Below, in pieces: positions 18,613 through 28,257 of a stretch of 64,000 bases of DNA (positions are counted from its first letter, which is position 1; each line of letters begins with the position of its first letter). The stretch covers positions 1,184,001 through 1,248,000 of the forward strand of contig JAULAX010000015.1 in assembly GCA_032654565.1 (NCBI GenBank), given 5' to 3'. A program made the position numbers and the translations under genes. The stretch is from Anaeromyxobacteraceae bacterium (lineage in GTDB: Bacteria; Myxococcota; Myxococcia; Myxococcales; Anaeromyxobacteraceae). Below the pieces are notes generated by a model. It did not search any database and was not told the origin of the DNA. It saw only the letters and a list, made by a program, of their open reading frames with translations.

Positions 18613-19863
18613 TCAGTCGAGCTTGAAGCGCTTCACCAGCTCGGCCAGCCGCTCGGCCAGCCGGGTCAGCTCGGAGGCGGCGCCGGTGGCCTGGCGCGAG
18701 CCGGACTGGGCGGAGCGGGTGACCTCCTCGATCTCCGACATGGAGAGCACCACCTGCTCGGTGGCGGTGCGCTGCTGCTGGGTGGCCAGGTGGATGATCC
18801 GGGCCGCGTCGCTGGTCTCCTGGATGCCGGAGAGGATGCCGGTGACCGAGTGCATGGCGGCGCCGCCCAGCTTCTCGCCCTCCGAAGCCTCGCGCTTGTT
18901 GCCGTCGGAGGCCTCCTTGGCGGCGTGGGTCGACTCGCGGATCTCGGTGATGAGGTTCTTGATCTCCTTGGTGCTCTCCATGACGTTCTCGGCCAGCCGC
19001 CGCATCTCGGCGGCCACGATGGAGAAGCCGCGCCCGGCCTCGCCGGCCTTGGCCCCCTCCAGCGCCGCGTTGAGGGCCAGCAGGTCGGAGCGGTCGGCGA
19101 TCTCGTCGATCACCTCCACCACCGTGCCGATGCGCTCGACGCGCTTGGAGAGCTTGCCGATGGCGTCGTCGACCTCGACGGCGTTGTGGCGGACCTTCTC
19201 CATCGACTGCATGAAGAGCTTGATCGAACCCTCGCCCTGGCGGGCCCCGGTCAGGGTCTGCTCGGCGATGCCGGCCACCATCTGGGCGTTCTCGGCGATC
19301 TGGTGCGAGGCCCCCTTGAGCTCCTCCATGGTGGCGGTGGTCTCGTGGATGGCGCTGGCCTGGGCGGCGGTGGAGGACTCGTTCTGGGTGGCCGCCGCCA
19401 GCACCTCGGCCGACGAGGTGGAGAGCTGCAGCGCCGCCTCGCGGATCTCGGTGACGAAGCGCTTCAGGGTCTCCATCACCTGGCCGATGCCGGCGATGAG
19501 CGGGGTCAGGGTGGCGTCGGTGACGCTGAGCCGCAGCTCGCCGGAGAGGTCGCCCTGCACCACCAGCCGGATCAGCGCGTCGATGGCCTCGTCGACGCCG
19601 TGGGAGACGTTCTGCACCCGCTCGTTGAAGTCGCGGATCTGCACCCCCAGCGACCCGCCGGCCCCGTCGAGCGCCTCGGCGATGAGCCGCAGGTTGGGGT
19701 CGGTGTAGTCCCCGGGGCGGACCTGGACGTCGAGCCGGCCGCTGGAGAAGGCGGTGATGGCGGCGGCCAGCGAGGCGGCGTCGGCGCCGCCGCGGCGCGG
19801 GGCGGCCGGTCGGGGGCTGGGCTTGCGGGGCTTCGACTTGGGGGCGGGCGGCTTGGTGGCCAT
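18613..19863 (-). CDS. frzCD: Cytoplasmic chemoreceptor with basic N-terminal tail
   Basis: No transmembrane segment; LLALNAALEGAKAGEAGRGFSIVAAEMRRLAE; K/R-rich N-terminus. Confidence 0.93.
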   Translation of the reverse strand: MATKPPAPKSKPRKPSPRPAAPRRGGADAASLAAAITAFSSGRLDVQVRPGDYTDPNLRLIAEALDGAGGSLGVQIRDFNERVQNVSHGVDEAIDALIRLVVQGDLSGELRLSVTDATLTPLIAGIGQVMETLKRFVTEIREAALQLSTSSAEVLAAATQNESSTAAQASAIHETTATMEELKGASHQIAENAQMVAGIAEQTLTGARQGEGSIKLFMQSMEKVRHNAVEVDDAIGKLSKRVERIGTVVEVIDEIADRSDLLALNAALEGAKAGEAGRGFSIVAAEMRRLAENVMESTKEIKNLITEIRESTHAAKEASDGNKREASEGEKLGGAAMHSVTGILSGIQETSDAARIIHLATQQQRTATEQVVLSMSEIEEVTRSAQSGSRQATGAASELTRLAERLAELVKRFKLD

Positions 19864-19873
19864 GGGGGGGCTC

Positions 19874-20275
19874 TCAGGCGGTGGGCGGCGCGGCCGGGGC
19901 GGCGGAGCGCCGCTCGCGGACCAGGGTGGGGAGATCGACGATGAGGGTGGGGGCCTCGTCGAGCAGCACGAGCCCGGAGACGGCGCCGGAGCGGATCACC
20001 GCGGCGGCGAAGGCGGGGAGCGGCTGGAGCTCCGACTCGGGGACGGAGCGGACGCCCAGCACCTGGTCGACCACCAGGGTGGCCTCGCCGCCGCCCTCGG
20101 CCGCCACCACGATGCCGCGCTCGCGGGCGAAGGTGGGGCCGAGGCTGGTGCCCTCGACCAGCTCGCCGGGGGGCACGTCGGCGACGTTGCCGATGCGGAC
20201 CACGTCGCGGACCGTGGAGGCGAAGACCCGGGCCCCCACCTGGAACATGAGCAGCTCGCTGACGGGCTCGATCAC
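19874..20275 (-). CDS. frzB: Truncated CheW-like adaptor
   Basis: LLMFQVG...LVVDQVLGV...LIVDL; short CheW-like protein between frzA and frzCD. Confidence 0.85.
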   Translation of the reverse strand: MIEPVSELLMFQVGARVFASTVRDVVRIGNVADVPPGELVEGTSLGPTFARERGIVVAAEGGGEATLVVDQVLGVRSVPESELQPLPAFAAAVIRSGAVSGLVLLDEAPTLIVDLPTLVRERRSAAPAAPPTA

Positions 20276-20784
20276 GGGCCGGCGCTCCCGGCGGGGACGG
20301 CGCGGCTGCGCGCGGCCTCCACCAGCCGGGGCAGGTCGAGCACGGCGATGGTGCCGAGCTTGTCCCGGGCCACGCCGGAGAGGAACTCGGCCATGCCGAC
20401 GCTCTCGGCCGGCGGCGGCTCCAGCTGGCGGCGCGGGATCACCACCAGCCCCTCGAGGCCGTCGGAGATCACCGCCACCTTCCACGGGCCGCAGTGGACC
20501 ACCGCGGCGCGGGTGGAGGGGCGGATGGTGATGGCCCCCTGGCCGACCAGCTGGCCGATGTCGAGCACCGGCAGCACCTCGCCGCGGTGGGTGAAGACGC
20601 CGGGCAGGAAGGACGGGGCGGCGGGGAGGCGGGTGAGCGGCCCGAGCCGGACCACCTCGGTCACCAGCGGCGCCTCGAAGGCGTAGCGGCCGCCGTGGAT
20701 CCGCAGGCAGAAGAACCAGGCCTCCTGGCCGGCGCGCAGGGCTCCCGCCGGGAGCGAATCGCTGGTTGGCCTGACCGGGGACAT
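20272..20784 (-). CDS. frzA: CheW
   Basis: TRLPAAPSFLPGVFTHRGEVLPVLDI. Confidence 0.88.
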   Translation of the reverse strand: MSPVRPTSDSLPAGALRAGQEAWFFCLRIHGGRYAFEAPLVTEVVRLGPLTRLPAAPSFLPGVFTHRGEVLPVLDIGQLVGQGAITIRPSTRAAVVHCGPWKVAVISDGLEGLVVIPRRQLEPPPAESVGMAEFLSGVARDKLGTIAVLDLPRLVEAARSRAVPAGSAGP

Positions 20785-20867
20785 GGTCCGGCGATTATCG
20801 GTGGAGCCGGGACGTGGCAGCAAGGTTGGTGCTATATGGTTTCGGTCTTTCACCCCGATATCGCCTC

Positions 20868-21560
20868 GTGAAAATCCTCGTCTGCGCCGACAGCGACCTC
20901 CTCCTCGAGGCGGCCGCGCTGAGCCTCGAACCGGCGGGCCACCAGGTGGTCCGGGGCCGGGAGCCGCTGGCGTTGGTGGCGGCGCTGGAGGGGGCGGCGC
21001 TGCTGCTCACCGACGCCGCCCGCGGCCGGCAGGCGGTGGCGCTGCTGCGGGATCGCGGCTTCGGCGGCCGGGCGCTGCTGATCGGCGACGGCGTGGCCGA
21101 GGAGCAGGTGGCGCTGGCCAGGGACCTCCACCTCGACGGCTGGGTGGAGCTCTCGCCGCCCGACGGCCTCCCCACCCGGCTGCTGGCGGCGCTGGAGCGC
21201 AAGCGCAAGGTGCTGATCGTCGACGACTCGGAGATCGTGGCCCGCATGCTGGCGCAGGACCTGGAGGCCAAGGGGTTCGAGATCCAGTACGCCCCGGACG
21301 CCGAGAGGGCCACCTCGATCATCCTCAAGCGCGCCACCCGGCCCGACCTGATCCTGCTCGACATCAACATGCCCAAGGTGGACGGGGCGCAGTTCTGCAA
21401 GTTCGTGAAGCGGAACTCGATGTTCAAGGGGATCAAGGTGCTCTTCTGCTCGGGCGAGGACCCCGAGAAGGTGACCCGGCTGGTCGCCGAGTGCGGCGCC
21501 GACGGCTACATCCTCAAGGGCGAGGTCCTGGGGAAGTGGGTCGTCGAGAACGCCGGCTGA
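20868..21560 (+). CDS. frzZ: Dual-receiver (CheY-CheY) regulator
   Basis: Two receiver domains (first one shortened), divergent from frzA as in Myxococcus. Confidence 0.8.
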   Translation: MKILVCADSDLLLEAAALSLEPAGHQVVRGREPLALVAALEGAALLLTDAARGRQAVALLRDRGFGGRALLIGDGVAEEQVALARDLHLDGWVELSPPDGLPTRLLAALERKRKVLIVDDSEIVARMLAQDLEAKGFEIQYAPDAERATSIILKRATRPDLILLDINMPKVDGAQFCKFVKRNSMFKGIKVLFCSGEDPEKVTRLVAECGADGYILKGEVLGKWVVENAG

Positions 21561-21614
21561 GGCGTCGCCGGGCCGGTCGTCCGCCCACCGCCGCGCCGGT
21601 CAGGCGGACCGCCC

Positions 21615-22604
21615 TCACCAGCACCGGGCGTCCGGCGTCACCGAGTTGCACCAGCCGGGCGTCCCCTCGGCGAGCGCGCAGGCCAGGTTGGCCGCCGCGT
21701 CGGGGGCCAGCGGGTCGATCCGCTCCACCGCCGCCGGGCAGCGCGGGGCGCCGCCGCCCTGCCCGAAGGTGGCCAGCAGCGCCCCGGCCGGATCGAGCAG
21801 CCGCAGGTCGGGCCCCCGGTCGTCGGCCAGGCCGCCGGCCAGCGTGGCGGCGCCGCAGCTGAAGCGGACCAGGCCGGCCGGGGCCGGGTAGCGGCCGTCC
21901 CAGGCGGCGCTGGTGACCAGGCCGAAGGCGCCGGGCGGCAGCGCGGCGGCGGCGGCGGCCACGGTGCAGCCGGCCAGCAGCCCGGAGGCGGTCCGCTTCT
22001 CCAGCCGCCAGCCGGAGAGGTCGAGCGGCTCGTCGCCGAGGTTGAGCAGCTCCACGTACTCCCCGCCCGCCTGGGGCGGCGCCGCCACCGCCCGCACCTC
22101 GGTGAGGGCCGGCCGCGGCGGCGGGCCGGCCACGGTGGAGAAGGTGCCCAGGAAGGTGCGCTGGTGCCCCTCCGGGTCGAGCACGGCGCGCCCGTCGGCG
22201 TCGCGCAGCGTCGAGGCCACCACCACGGCGAAGGGGGTGGCGCCGGGCAGCAGGGCGCGCGGCCGCAGCACCAGGCGGCGCCCGCCCTCGGCCAGGGCGG
22301 CGTCGCAGGGGAGGGCGAGCAGCCCCGGGGACTGGCCGGCCTCGAGGGCGCTGGCCACGGCGCGGGCGTCGGGGGCGCGGGCCAGGGCCACCCGCCGCCC
22401 CTCGGCCAGGCCGTCGGCGGCCACCGGGGCGCTGAAGTCGACGGTCACCAGCGCGTCGCGAGGGGCGCCGGCCCCGGTGGGGGTCCAGCCGGCGATGCGG
22501 GTGTGGGGCTCGGGCGCCGCCGGTCCGCAGCCGGAGAGGGCCGCCAGCCCGGCGCCCAGGGCGAGGCCGAGCAGCAGCGGGAGGCGGGGGTCGGGCCGGC
22601 TCAC
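21615..22604 (-). CDS. Lipoprotein with Ig-like (Big_5-type) and lamin-tail domains
   Basis: Lipobox LSGC, VTVDFSAPV, EYVELLNLGDEPLDLSGWRL, GTPG. Confidence 0.75.
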   Translation of the reverse strand: MSRPDPRLPLLLGLALGAGLAALSGCGPAAPEPHTRIAGWTPTGAGAPRDALVTVDFSAPVAADGLAEGRRVALARAPDARAVASALEAGQSPGLLALPCDAALAEGGRRLVLRPRALLPGATPFAVVVASTLRDADGRAVLDPEGHQRTFLGTFSTVAGPPPRPALTEVRAVAAPPQAGGEYVELLNLGDEPLDLSGWRLEKRTASGLLAGCTVAAAAAALPPGAFGLVTSAAWDGRYPAPAGLVRFSCGAATLAGGLADDRGPDLRLLDPAGALLATFGQGGGAPRCPAAVERIDPLAPDAAANLACALAEGTPGWCNSVTPDARCW

Positions 22605-23188
22605 GGCCGCCGCTCCAGGAAGAGGCCGCCGGTCAGGGCGTCGAGCTCGGCGGTGACCCGGCCCAGCTCCAGCTCGGCCTCGACGCGGGCCCGGGCGTCG
22701 CTGGGAGGATCGGCCAGCAGCGCCAGCTGCCGGTGGCGCCGCTCGAAGTGCAGGGCGGTGGCCTTGCGGACCGCCTCGTCGCGCCGGGTGGCCCGGGCCA
22801 GCGCCGCCGCCGAGGCCGCCGCCTCGCCGGTGGCGGCCACGAGATCGCCGAGCTCCCAGGTGGCGTGGAGCGAGACCGAGGTGCCGGGCGAGGAGCGCAG
22901 GTAGTCCACCTCGCTGGCCCCCTGCAGGCCGGTGACCCGGTAGGCCCGCTCCTCGTGGCGGACCTCGGCGGTGAGGCGCGGCAGCACGGCGGCCAGGCGG
23001 CGGCGCCGGGCCAGCTCGGCCGGGTCGGGGGTGGCGGCCTCGGCGTGGCGGGCGGCGGCCGACTGGACCGCGGCGACCGACGGCTCGCCGGCGGCGATCC
23101 GGGCGAGGAGGCGGGCGGGGTCGGGGGCCGGGACGGGCGGCGGGAGCGGCGGCGCGGCGAGGAGCAGGGCGAGGAGGGGGAGGGTCAT
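22601..23188 (-). CDS. Secreted hypothetical protein, weakly like an outer-membrane efflux protein repeat
   Basis: Signal peptide, LPRLTAEV, ATWELGDL; stop overlaps the next start. Confidence 0.6.
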   Translation of the reverse strand: MTLPLLALLLAAPPLPPPVPAPDPARLLARIAAGEPSVAAVQSAAARHAEAATPDPAELARRRRLAAVLPRLTAEVRHEERAYRVTGLQGASEVDYLRSSPGTSVSLHATWELGDLVAATGEAAASAAALARATRRDEAVRKATALHFERRHRQLALLADPPSDARARVEAELELGRVTAELDALTGGLFLERRP

Positions 23189-23299
23189 GGCCCCGGGCCA
23201 GGAGCAGGAACGGGGCCGCGCCAAGCCCGCGGAGGGACGAGGGGTGGGCGCGGAGGGGGCGGCCGCGCCGCGGCCCTCCGGCCGTCCCGCATCCGCTCT

Positions 23300-23363
23300 T
23301 CCCGTCCCAGAGTAATTTTCGGGAGCCCCGGCCGAGCCCCTCAGCTCCCGTCCCAGAGTAATT
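23300..23363. repeat. Perfect 18-bp direct repeat
   Basis: TCCCGTCCCAGAGTAATT at 23300-23317 and 23346-23363. Confidence 0.85.
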
Positions 23364-23379
23364 CGCGGAGGGGCGGCGG

Positions 23380-23411
23380 TTGACCTGAACTCTCAGAGTT
23401 CTTAGAGTTCA
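23380..23411 (+). promoter_or_regulatory. Toxin-antitoxin promoter with palindromic operator
   Basis: TTGACC-N17-TAGAGT; TGAACTCT...AGAGTTCA inverted repeat (23386-23411) with an extra internal AGAGTTC half-site. Confidence 0.7.
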
Positions 23412-23417
23412 CGGACC

Positions 23418-23723
23418 ATGACCACACGCCTCGACGGGACCGTCATCACCCCCATGGACCTGCGCGCCCACGCCGGCGAGTTCCTCGACCGCGTCCGGCT
23501 CCAGCACGACACCTTCATCATCGAGCGGCGCGGCACGCCCATGGCCGCGCTGGTGCCCATCGAGCGGCTCCGGATGATGCGGGAGACGGCGGCGCAGTAC
23601 TCCCGGCTCATGTCGCAGCTCCAGGGGGACTTCCTGGAGAAGCAGGGGGTCACGCCGGAGGAATGGGACCGGGAGGCGACCGGGGCGGTGAAGGCCTACC
23701 GGGCCCGCCACGGGAGCAAGTGA
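23418..23723 (+). CDS. Phd/YefM-family antitoxin
   Basis: DLRAHAGEFLDRV...IIERRGTPMAALVPIE. Confidence 0.85.
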   Translation: MTTRLDGTVITPMDLRAHAGEFLDRVRLQHDTFIIERRGTPMAALVPIERLRMMRETAAQYSRLMSQLQGDFLEKQGVTPEEWDREATGAVKAYRARHGSK

Positions 23724-24301
23724 TCGTGGCGTTGCGCCTGGTCCTCGACTCGATGATCTGGGTGCAGGCCGCCTGCGCCCCCAGCCTGGGCCGGCGCGGC
23801 CCGTCGGCCGAGATCGTTCGCCTCGCCTGCGACCGCCAGTTCGAGGTGCTGGCCTCGCCCTTCATCCGCGCCGAGGTCCTGGGGGTCCTGCGGGAGGAGC
23901 CGTACTTCACGAGGAAGCTGGCGGTCGGCTTCGACCCCGAGGCCTGGTTCGACGCCACCCTGGCCGCCTGCGGCGAGCTCATCGAGGTGACCGGCCCGCC
24001 GGTGCTGCAGGCGCACGCCAAGGACGACCCCATCCTCTGGCTGGCGGCCGCCGGCGGCGCCTCGCACCTGGTCACCTGGGAGGAGCGGCTCCTCCACCTG
24101 GAGCGCTACCGGTTCGCGCACGTGGTGACCCCGCCGGCCTTCCTCGCCGCCTGGCGCGACCCGGCGGCGCACGAGCCGCTGCCCGAGTGGAAGGTGCTGC
24201 GGCGCGGGCCGACGCTCCGCCCCCGGCCGGCTCCACGTTCACGGCTGGTGAAGAGCTCGGCGTCGGGCGCGGTGACCGCCCCCGCCGGCGGGTCGACCTA
24301 G
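23720..24301 (+). CDS. PIN-domain toxin (PIN_3 type)
   Basis: RLVLDS, E..GVL, KDDPIL, LVTWE..LL, IVTP-like VVTP; GTGA overlap with the antitoxin. Confidence 0.8.
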   Translation: MIVALRLVLDSMIWVQAACAPSLGRRGPSAEIVRLACDRQFEVLASPFIRAEVLGVLREEPYFTRKLAVGFDPEAWFDATLAACGELIEVTGPPVLQAHAKDDPILWLAAAGGASHLVTWEERLLHLERYRFAHVVTPPAFLAAWRDPAAHEPLPEWKVLRRGPTLRPRPAPRSRLVKSSASGAVTAPAGGST

Positions 24302-24495
24302 CCTTCCACCTCGTCGAGCCAGGCCATCTGGATGGCCTCCAGCACCTTCTCGTTCGACCGGGCCGGATCGTCGTCGAAGCCGGGCAGCTCGCAGACCCAG
24401 CGGTGCAGGTCGGTGAAGCGGACGGTGAGCGGGGCCACGCCGGCGTGCCGCTCGGCCAGCTCGATGGCGATCTCACGGATGTCGCGCCACTTCAT
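24298..24495 (-). CDS. iscX: Fe-S assembly protein IscX
   Basis: MKWRD..EIA...VRFTDL..W...NEKVLEAIQMAWLDE. Confidence 0.95.
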   Translation of the reverse strand: MKWRDIREIAIELAERHAGVAPLTVRFTDLHRWVCELPGFDDDPARSNEKVLEAIQMAWLDEVEG

Positions 24496-24572
24496 CGCCG
24501 CACCTCCTCGCCACGCGCCACCCGCCGCTCCGCACCCCGCCCGCTCGCCGCCCTTCCGACCGCCGCACCTCC

Positions 24573-24878
24573 TCAGCTTGCGATCCGGTTCCCCGGCACC
24601 CGCGCCACCACCGCCACCTCGCCCACCCGCGCCTGGCAGGCCAGCCGGCTGTGGGCGGTCAGCCCGACCGCCTCGTCGAGCTTGTCGTCCTCCCGCTCGG
24701 TGGGGGGCGAGAGCGACGCCAGCCCCTCCTCCACCCAGACGTGGCAGGTGACGCAGGCGCAGACCCCGCCGCAGTTGTGGGGCAGGGCCACGCCGGCCGC
24801 CTCGGCGGCGTCCTGCAGCGTGCTGCCCGCCGGCACCTCGGCCACCTCGCCGCCCGGCAGGAAGGTCACCCGCGGCAC
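24573..24878 (-). CDS. fdx: ISC 2Fe-2S ferredoxin
   Basis: HNCGGVCACVTCHV and SRLACQ. Confidence 0.93.
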   Translation of the reverse strand: MPRVTFLPGGEVAEVPAGSTLQDAAEAAGVALPHNCGGVCACVTCHVWVEEGLASLSPPTEREDDKLDEAVGLTAHSRLACQARVGEVAVVARVPGNRIAS

Positions 24879-24891
24879 GTCGCGCCCCCCT

Positions 24892-26760
24892 TCATGCCTC
24901 CTCCTCCTCGCCGTCCTGCCGCGTGGTGCGCGGCTCGCCGGAGAACTCCTCGACCCGGTGGCCGGCCATGGCCGACCGCACGTGCTTGTCCATGCGCCGC
25001 TCGGCGAAGGGCCGGGTGGCGACGTCCACCGACTCGATCCAGGCCTTGATGGCCAGGTAGTCGTCGCCGGCCATGGCGCCCCGCAGCCCGGTGAGCCGCT
25101 CCTCGACGGCGCCGCGCTCCGCCGCCGAGAGCAGCTCGCCGTCCAGCTCCAGGGCCGACGCCAGCGACGCCAGCAGCCGCTCCCCCTCCACCCGCCACTC
25201 CCGCACGAACCGCTCGGTGACGTCGGCCTCGGCGTGCTCGATCGACTCGATGAGCATGGCCTCGACCTCCTGCTCGCCGAGCCCGTAGGTGGGCTTCACC
25301 TGGATGGCCTGGGCCAGGCCGGTGGCCAGCTCGTGGGCCGCCACCTGGAGGATGCCGTCGGCGTCGACGGCGTAGCTGATCTCCACCCGGGCCAGGCCGG
25401 CCGGCATGGGCGGGATCCCCTTCAGCGTGAAGCGGGCCAGCGAGCGGCAGTCGTGGGCCAGCTCGCGCTCCCCCTGCACCACGTGGATCACCATGCCGGT
25501 CTGGCCGTCGGCGTAGGTGGTGAACTGCTGGGTGGCCGAGGCCGGGATGGTGGAGTTGCGCAGGATGAGCTTCTCCACCACGCCGCCCATCATCTCCACC
25601 CCCAGCGAGAGCGGGATGACGTCGAGCAGCAGCACGTCCTCGCGCCCGCCGCGATCGAGGGCGTCGGCCTGAACCGCCGCCCCCAGCGCCACCACGGTGT
25701 CGGGGTCCAGGTCGGTGAGCGGCGGCCGCCCGAAGAGCGCCTCGACGTGGCGGCGCACCGCCGGAGTCCGGGTGGTGCCGCCCACCAGCACCACGCCGTC
25801 CACCGCGGTGAGGCCGGCGTCGCGCAGGGCGCCGCGGCAGGGGGCGGTGGTCCGCTCGATGACCGGGGCGATCAGCGCCTCCAGCTCGGCGCGGGTGAGC
25901 CGGGCCAGGAGCCGGTGCCCCTCGGGCAGCTCCACCTCGGCGTCCACCGCCAGCTCCGTGGTGAGGGCCTCGCGGAGCCGCTGGGCCGCGGCCAGGGCGC
26001 CGCGCAGCACCGCCGGCGAGGGGGAGGGCGCCGGGGGGGTGAGGCCGGTCTCCAGCAGCCGCCGCGCCACCACCCGGTCGAGGTCGTCGCCGCCCAGGTG
26101 GGTGTCGCCGCCGGTGGCCAGCACCTCGAAGACCCCGCGGTCGAGCCGCAGGATGGAGATGTCGAAGGTGCCGCCGCCCAGGTCGTAGACCGCGAAGGTC
26201 CCCTGGGCCCGCTGGTCGAGGCCGTAGGCCAGCGCCGCCGCGGTCGGCTCGTTGAGCAGCCGCAGCACGTCGAGGCCGGCCAGCCGCCCGGCGTCGCGGG
26301 TGGCCTGCCGCTGGGCGTCGTCGAAGTAGGCCGGCACGGTGATGACGCAGCCGGCGGGCGGGCCCCCCAGCGCCTCGGCGGCGCGCCGCTTCAGCACCCG
26401 CAGCACCTCGGCCGAGACCTCGGTGGGGGTGACGGCCCGGACGCCGCCGGCCACCAGCAGCCGCACCACCGCCCCCGACTCGTCGAAGCAGGAGATGCCG
26501 CGGTCCTCGGCGCGGATGTCGCCGGGCCCGCGCCCCATGAACCGCTTCACCGAGAGGACGGTGTCGACCGGCCGCTCCGGGGCGCGGCGGCGGGCGGCCG
26601 ACCCCACCTCGATGCTGCCGTCGGCGCCGTAGTGGACCGCCGAGGGGAGCAGCGGTCGCCCCTCGTCGGCGGCGATGACCTGCGGACGGTTGCGGGCGTC
26701 GACGTGCGCCACCAGCGAGTTGGTGGTTCCGAGGTCGATGCCGATGGCGCGGCCCATCAC
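24892..26760 (-). CDS. hscA: Fe-S chaperone HscA
   Basis: [32 protein letters not shown]...CRSLARF, VKPTYGL. Confidence 0.95.
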   Translation of the reverse strand: MMGRAIGIDLGTTNSLVAHVDARNRPQVIAADEGRPLLPSAVHYGADGSIEVGSAARRRAPERPVDTVLSVKRFMGRGPGDIRAEDRGISCFDESGAVVRLLVAGGVRAVTPTEVSAEVLRVLKRRAAEALGGPPAGCVITVPAYFDDAQRQATRDAGRLAGLDVLRLLNEPTAAALAYGLDQRAQGTFAVYDLGGGTFDISILRLDRGVFEVLATGGDTHLGGDDLDRVVARRLLETGLTPPAPSPSPAVLRGALAAAQRLREALTTELAVDAEVELPEGHRLLARLTRAELEALIAPVIERTTAPCRGALRDAGLTAVDGVVLVGGTTRTPAVRRHVEALFGRPPLTDLDPDTVVALGAAVQADALDRGGREDVLLLDVIPLSLGVEMMGGVVEKLILRNSTIPASATQQFTTYADGQTGMVIHVVQGERELAHDCRSLARFTLKGIPPMPAGLARVEISYAVDADGILQVAAHELATGLAQAIQVKPTYGLGEQEVEAMLIESIEHAEADVTERFVREWRVEGERLLASLASALELDGELLSAAERGAVEERLTGLRGAMAGDDYLAIKAWIESVDVATRPFAERRMDKHVRSAMAGHRVEEFSGEPRTTRQDGEEEEA

Positions 26761-27419
26761 GTCTCCACGAGGCCAGGGGGTCCGGCGCCGCGCTCGGCGT
26801 CGGCGATGATGTTGTCATAGTAGCGCGCCCGGGCCAGGCGGCGGGCGATCTCCCAGACCGACTCGCTGAACCAGTCCTGGGCCTCGAAGAGGTGGTCGCA
26901 CTCCGCCTCCAGCGCCGCCAGCCGGGCCCGGCCCCGGGCGGCCAGCGCCACCAGGGCGGCGGCGTCGCCGTCGGCGCGGGCCAGGGCCAGCCCTTCCCGC
27001 CAGGCCAGCTGCTCCTCGAGGAACTCAGGGTCGTGGAAGGTGCGCCCGTCGCCGAAGACGTCGTGCCCGGCCAGCTTGAGCAGGTCGGCGGCCCGGCGGC
27101 GCCAGTCCTTCAAGGCCCGGTAGGCGTCGTTGAGCCGGGTGGCCCGCTCCAGGGCGATGCGCCGCTCGCGCGGCTCGGCGCGGGCGAAGCGGTCGGGGTG
27201 GAGCAGGCGGGAGAGGTCGCGGAAGCGCTGCTCCAGCTGGCCCGGCTCCAGGGCGAACTGGCGGGGCAGGTCGAAGAGCGCGTAGGCGTCCTCGCTGCGG
27301 CCCACCGGCTGGAGCTTGCGGCAGGCGCCGCAGAAGGGCGTGCCCTGCGCGGTGGCCCCGTGGCAGCTCCAGCAGGTCACGAACCTCCCGTGAGCGCCGG
27401 GCGCCGCCGCGGCGGCCAC
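26757..27419 (-). CDS. hscB: Co-chaperone HscB with N-terminal CxxC...CxxC
   Basis: J-domain HPD, CWSC...CGAC. Confidence 0.9.
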   Translation of the reverse strand: MAAAAAPGAHGRFVTCWSCHGATAQGTPFCGACRKLQPVGRSEDAYALFDLPRQFALEPGQLEQRFRDLSRLLHPDRFARAEPRERRIALERATRLNDAYRALKDWRRRAADLLKLAGHDVFGDGRTFHDPEFLEEQLAWREGLALARADGDAAALVALAARGRARLAALEAECDHLFEAQDWFSESVWEIARRLARARYYDNIIADAERGAGPPGLVET

Positions 27420-27430
27420 CGGGAGCTCGG

Positions 27431-27760
27431 TCAGACGGTGAAGGAGTCCCCGCAGCTGCAGGCGGTCTTGACGTTGGGGTTGCGGAAGACGAACCCGGAC
27501 TGCATCAGCGTCTGCTGCCAGTCGACCAGGGTGCCGCCGAGGAACTTGGCGCTCTTGGGGTCGACGAAGACCCGGGCCCCGTCCCGCTCGATCACCTGGT
27601 CCAGCGTGGACGGCCCGGCCGCCCAGTCGACGTGGTAGTTGAGCCCGGAGCAGCCGCCGCCCTTGACCCCCAGCCGCAGCCCGCCGGCCGGCGTGCCCTT
27701 CTCTCCGATGAGGGTCCGGATCCGGACCGCCGCCTTCTCGCTGATCTCGATCGCCGACAT
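27431..27760 (-). CDS. iscA: A-type Fe-S carrier
   Basis: GGGCSG and NPN..ACSCGDSF. Confidence 0.93.
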   Translation of the reverse strand: MSAIEISEKAAVRIRTLIGEKGTPAGGLRLGVKGGGCSGLNYHVDWAAGPSTLDQVIERDGARVFVDPKSAKFLGGTLVDWQQTLMQSGFVFRNPNVKTACSCGDSFTV

Positions 27761-27773
27761 CTTCTTCCTCCTG

Positions 27774-28247
27774 CTACCGCACCGGCTCGACCACGCCCTG
27801 GGGGCGGGGCGCCGCCGGGGCCTGCTGCTGGGACTGCTGCGACGGCTGTGACTGGCGTGCCTGCTGGGCCCGCTGCTTGCGCTGCCAGTCGCCGACCGCC
27901 GCCTTGATGGCGTCCTCGGCCAGCACCGAGCAGTGCACCTTCACCGGCGGCAGGTCCAGCTCCCGGGCCACCTCGGTGTTCTTGATGGTCATGGCCTCGT
28001 CGACGCTCTTGCCCTTGACCCACTCGGTCACCAGCGAGGAGGAGGCGATGGCCGAGCCGCAGCCGAAGGTCTTGAAGCGGGCGTCCTCGATGATCCCGGC
28101 CTCGTTGACCCGGATCTGCAGCTTCATGACGTCGCCGCAGGCCGGGGCGCCGACCAGGCCGGTGCCGACGTCGTCGGCCTCCTTGTCGAGCGAGCCGACG
28201 TTGCGCGGGTTCTCGTAGTGGTCGATGACCTTGTCCGAATACGCCAT
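27774..28247 (-). CDS. iscU: Fe-S scaffold with Gln-rich tail
   Basis: DHYENPRNVG, PACGD, GCGSAIASSS, LPPVKVHC. Confidence 0.96.
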   Translation of the reverse strand: MAYSDKVIDHYENPRNVGSLDKEADDVGTGLVGAPACGDVMKLQIRVNEAGIIEDARFKTFGCGSAIASSSLVTEWVKGKSVDEAMTIKNTEVARELDLPPVKVHCSVLAEDAIKAAVGDWQRKQRAQQARQSQPSQQSQQQAPAAPRPQGVVEPVR

Positions 28248-28257
28248 GATCGCTCCT

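Noticed and set aside
23300..23363. Possible mini-CRISPR array
   Set aside because: Only two 18-bp repeats, not palindromic, and no cas genes in the window.
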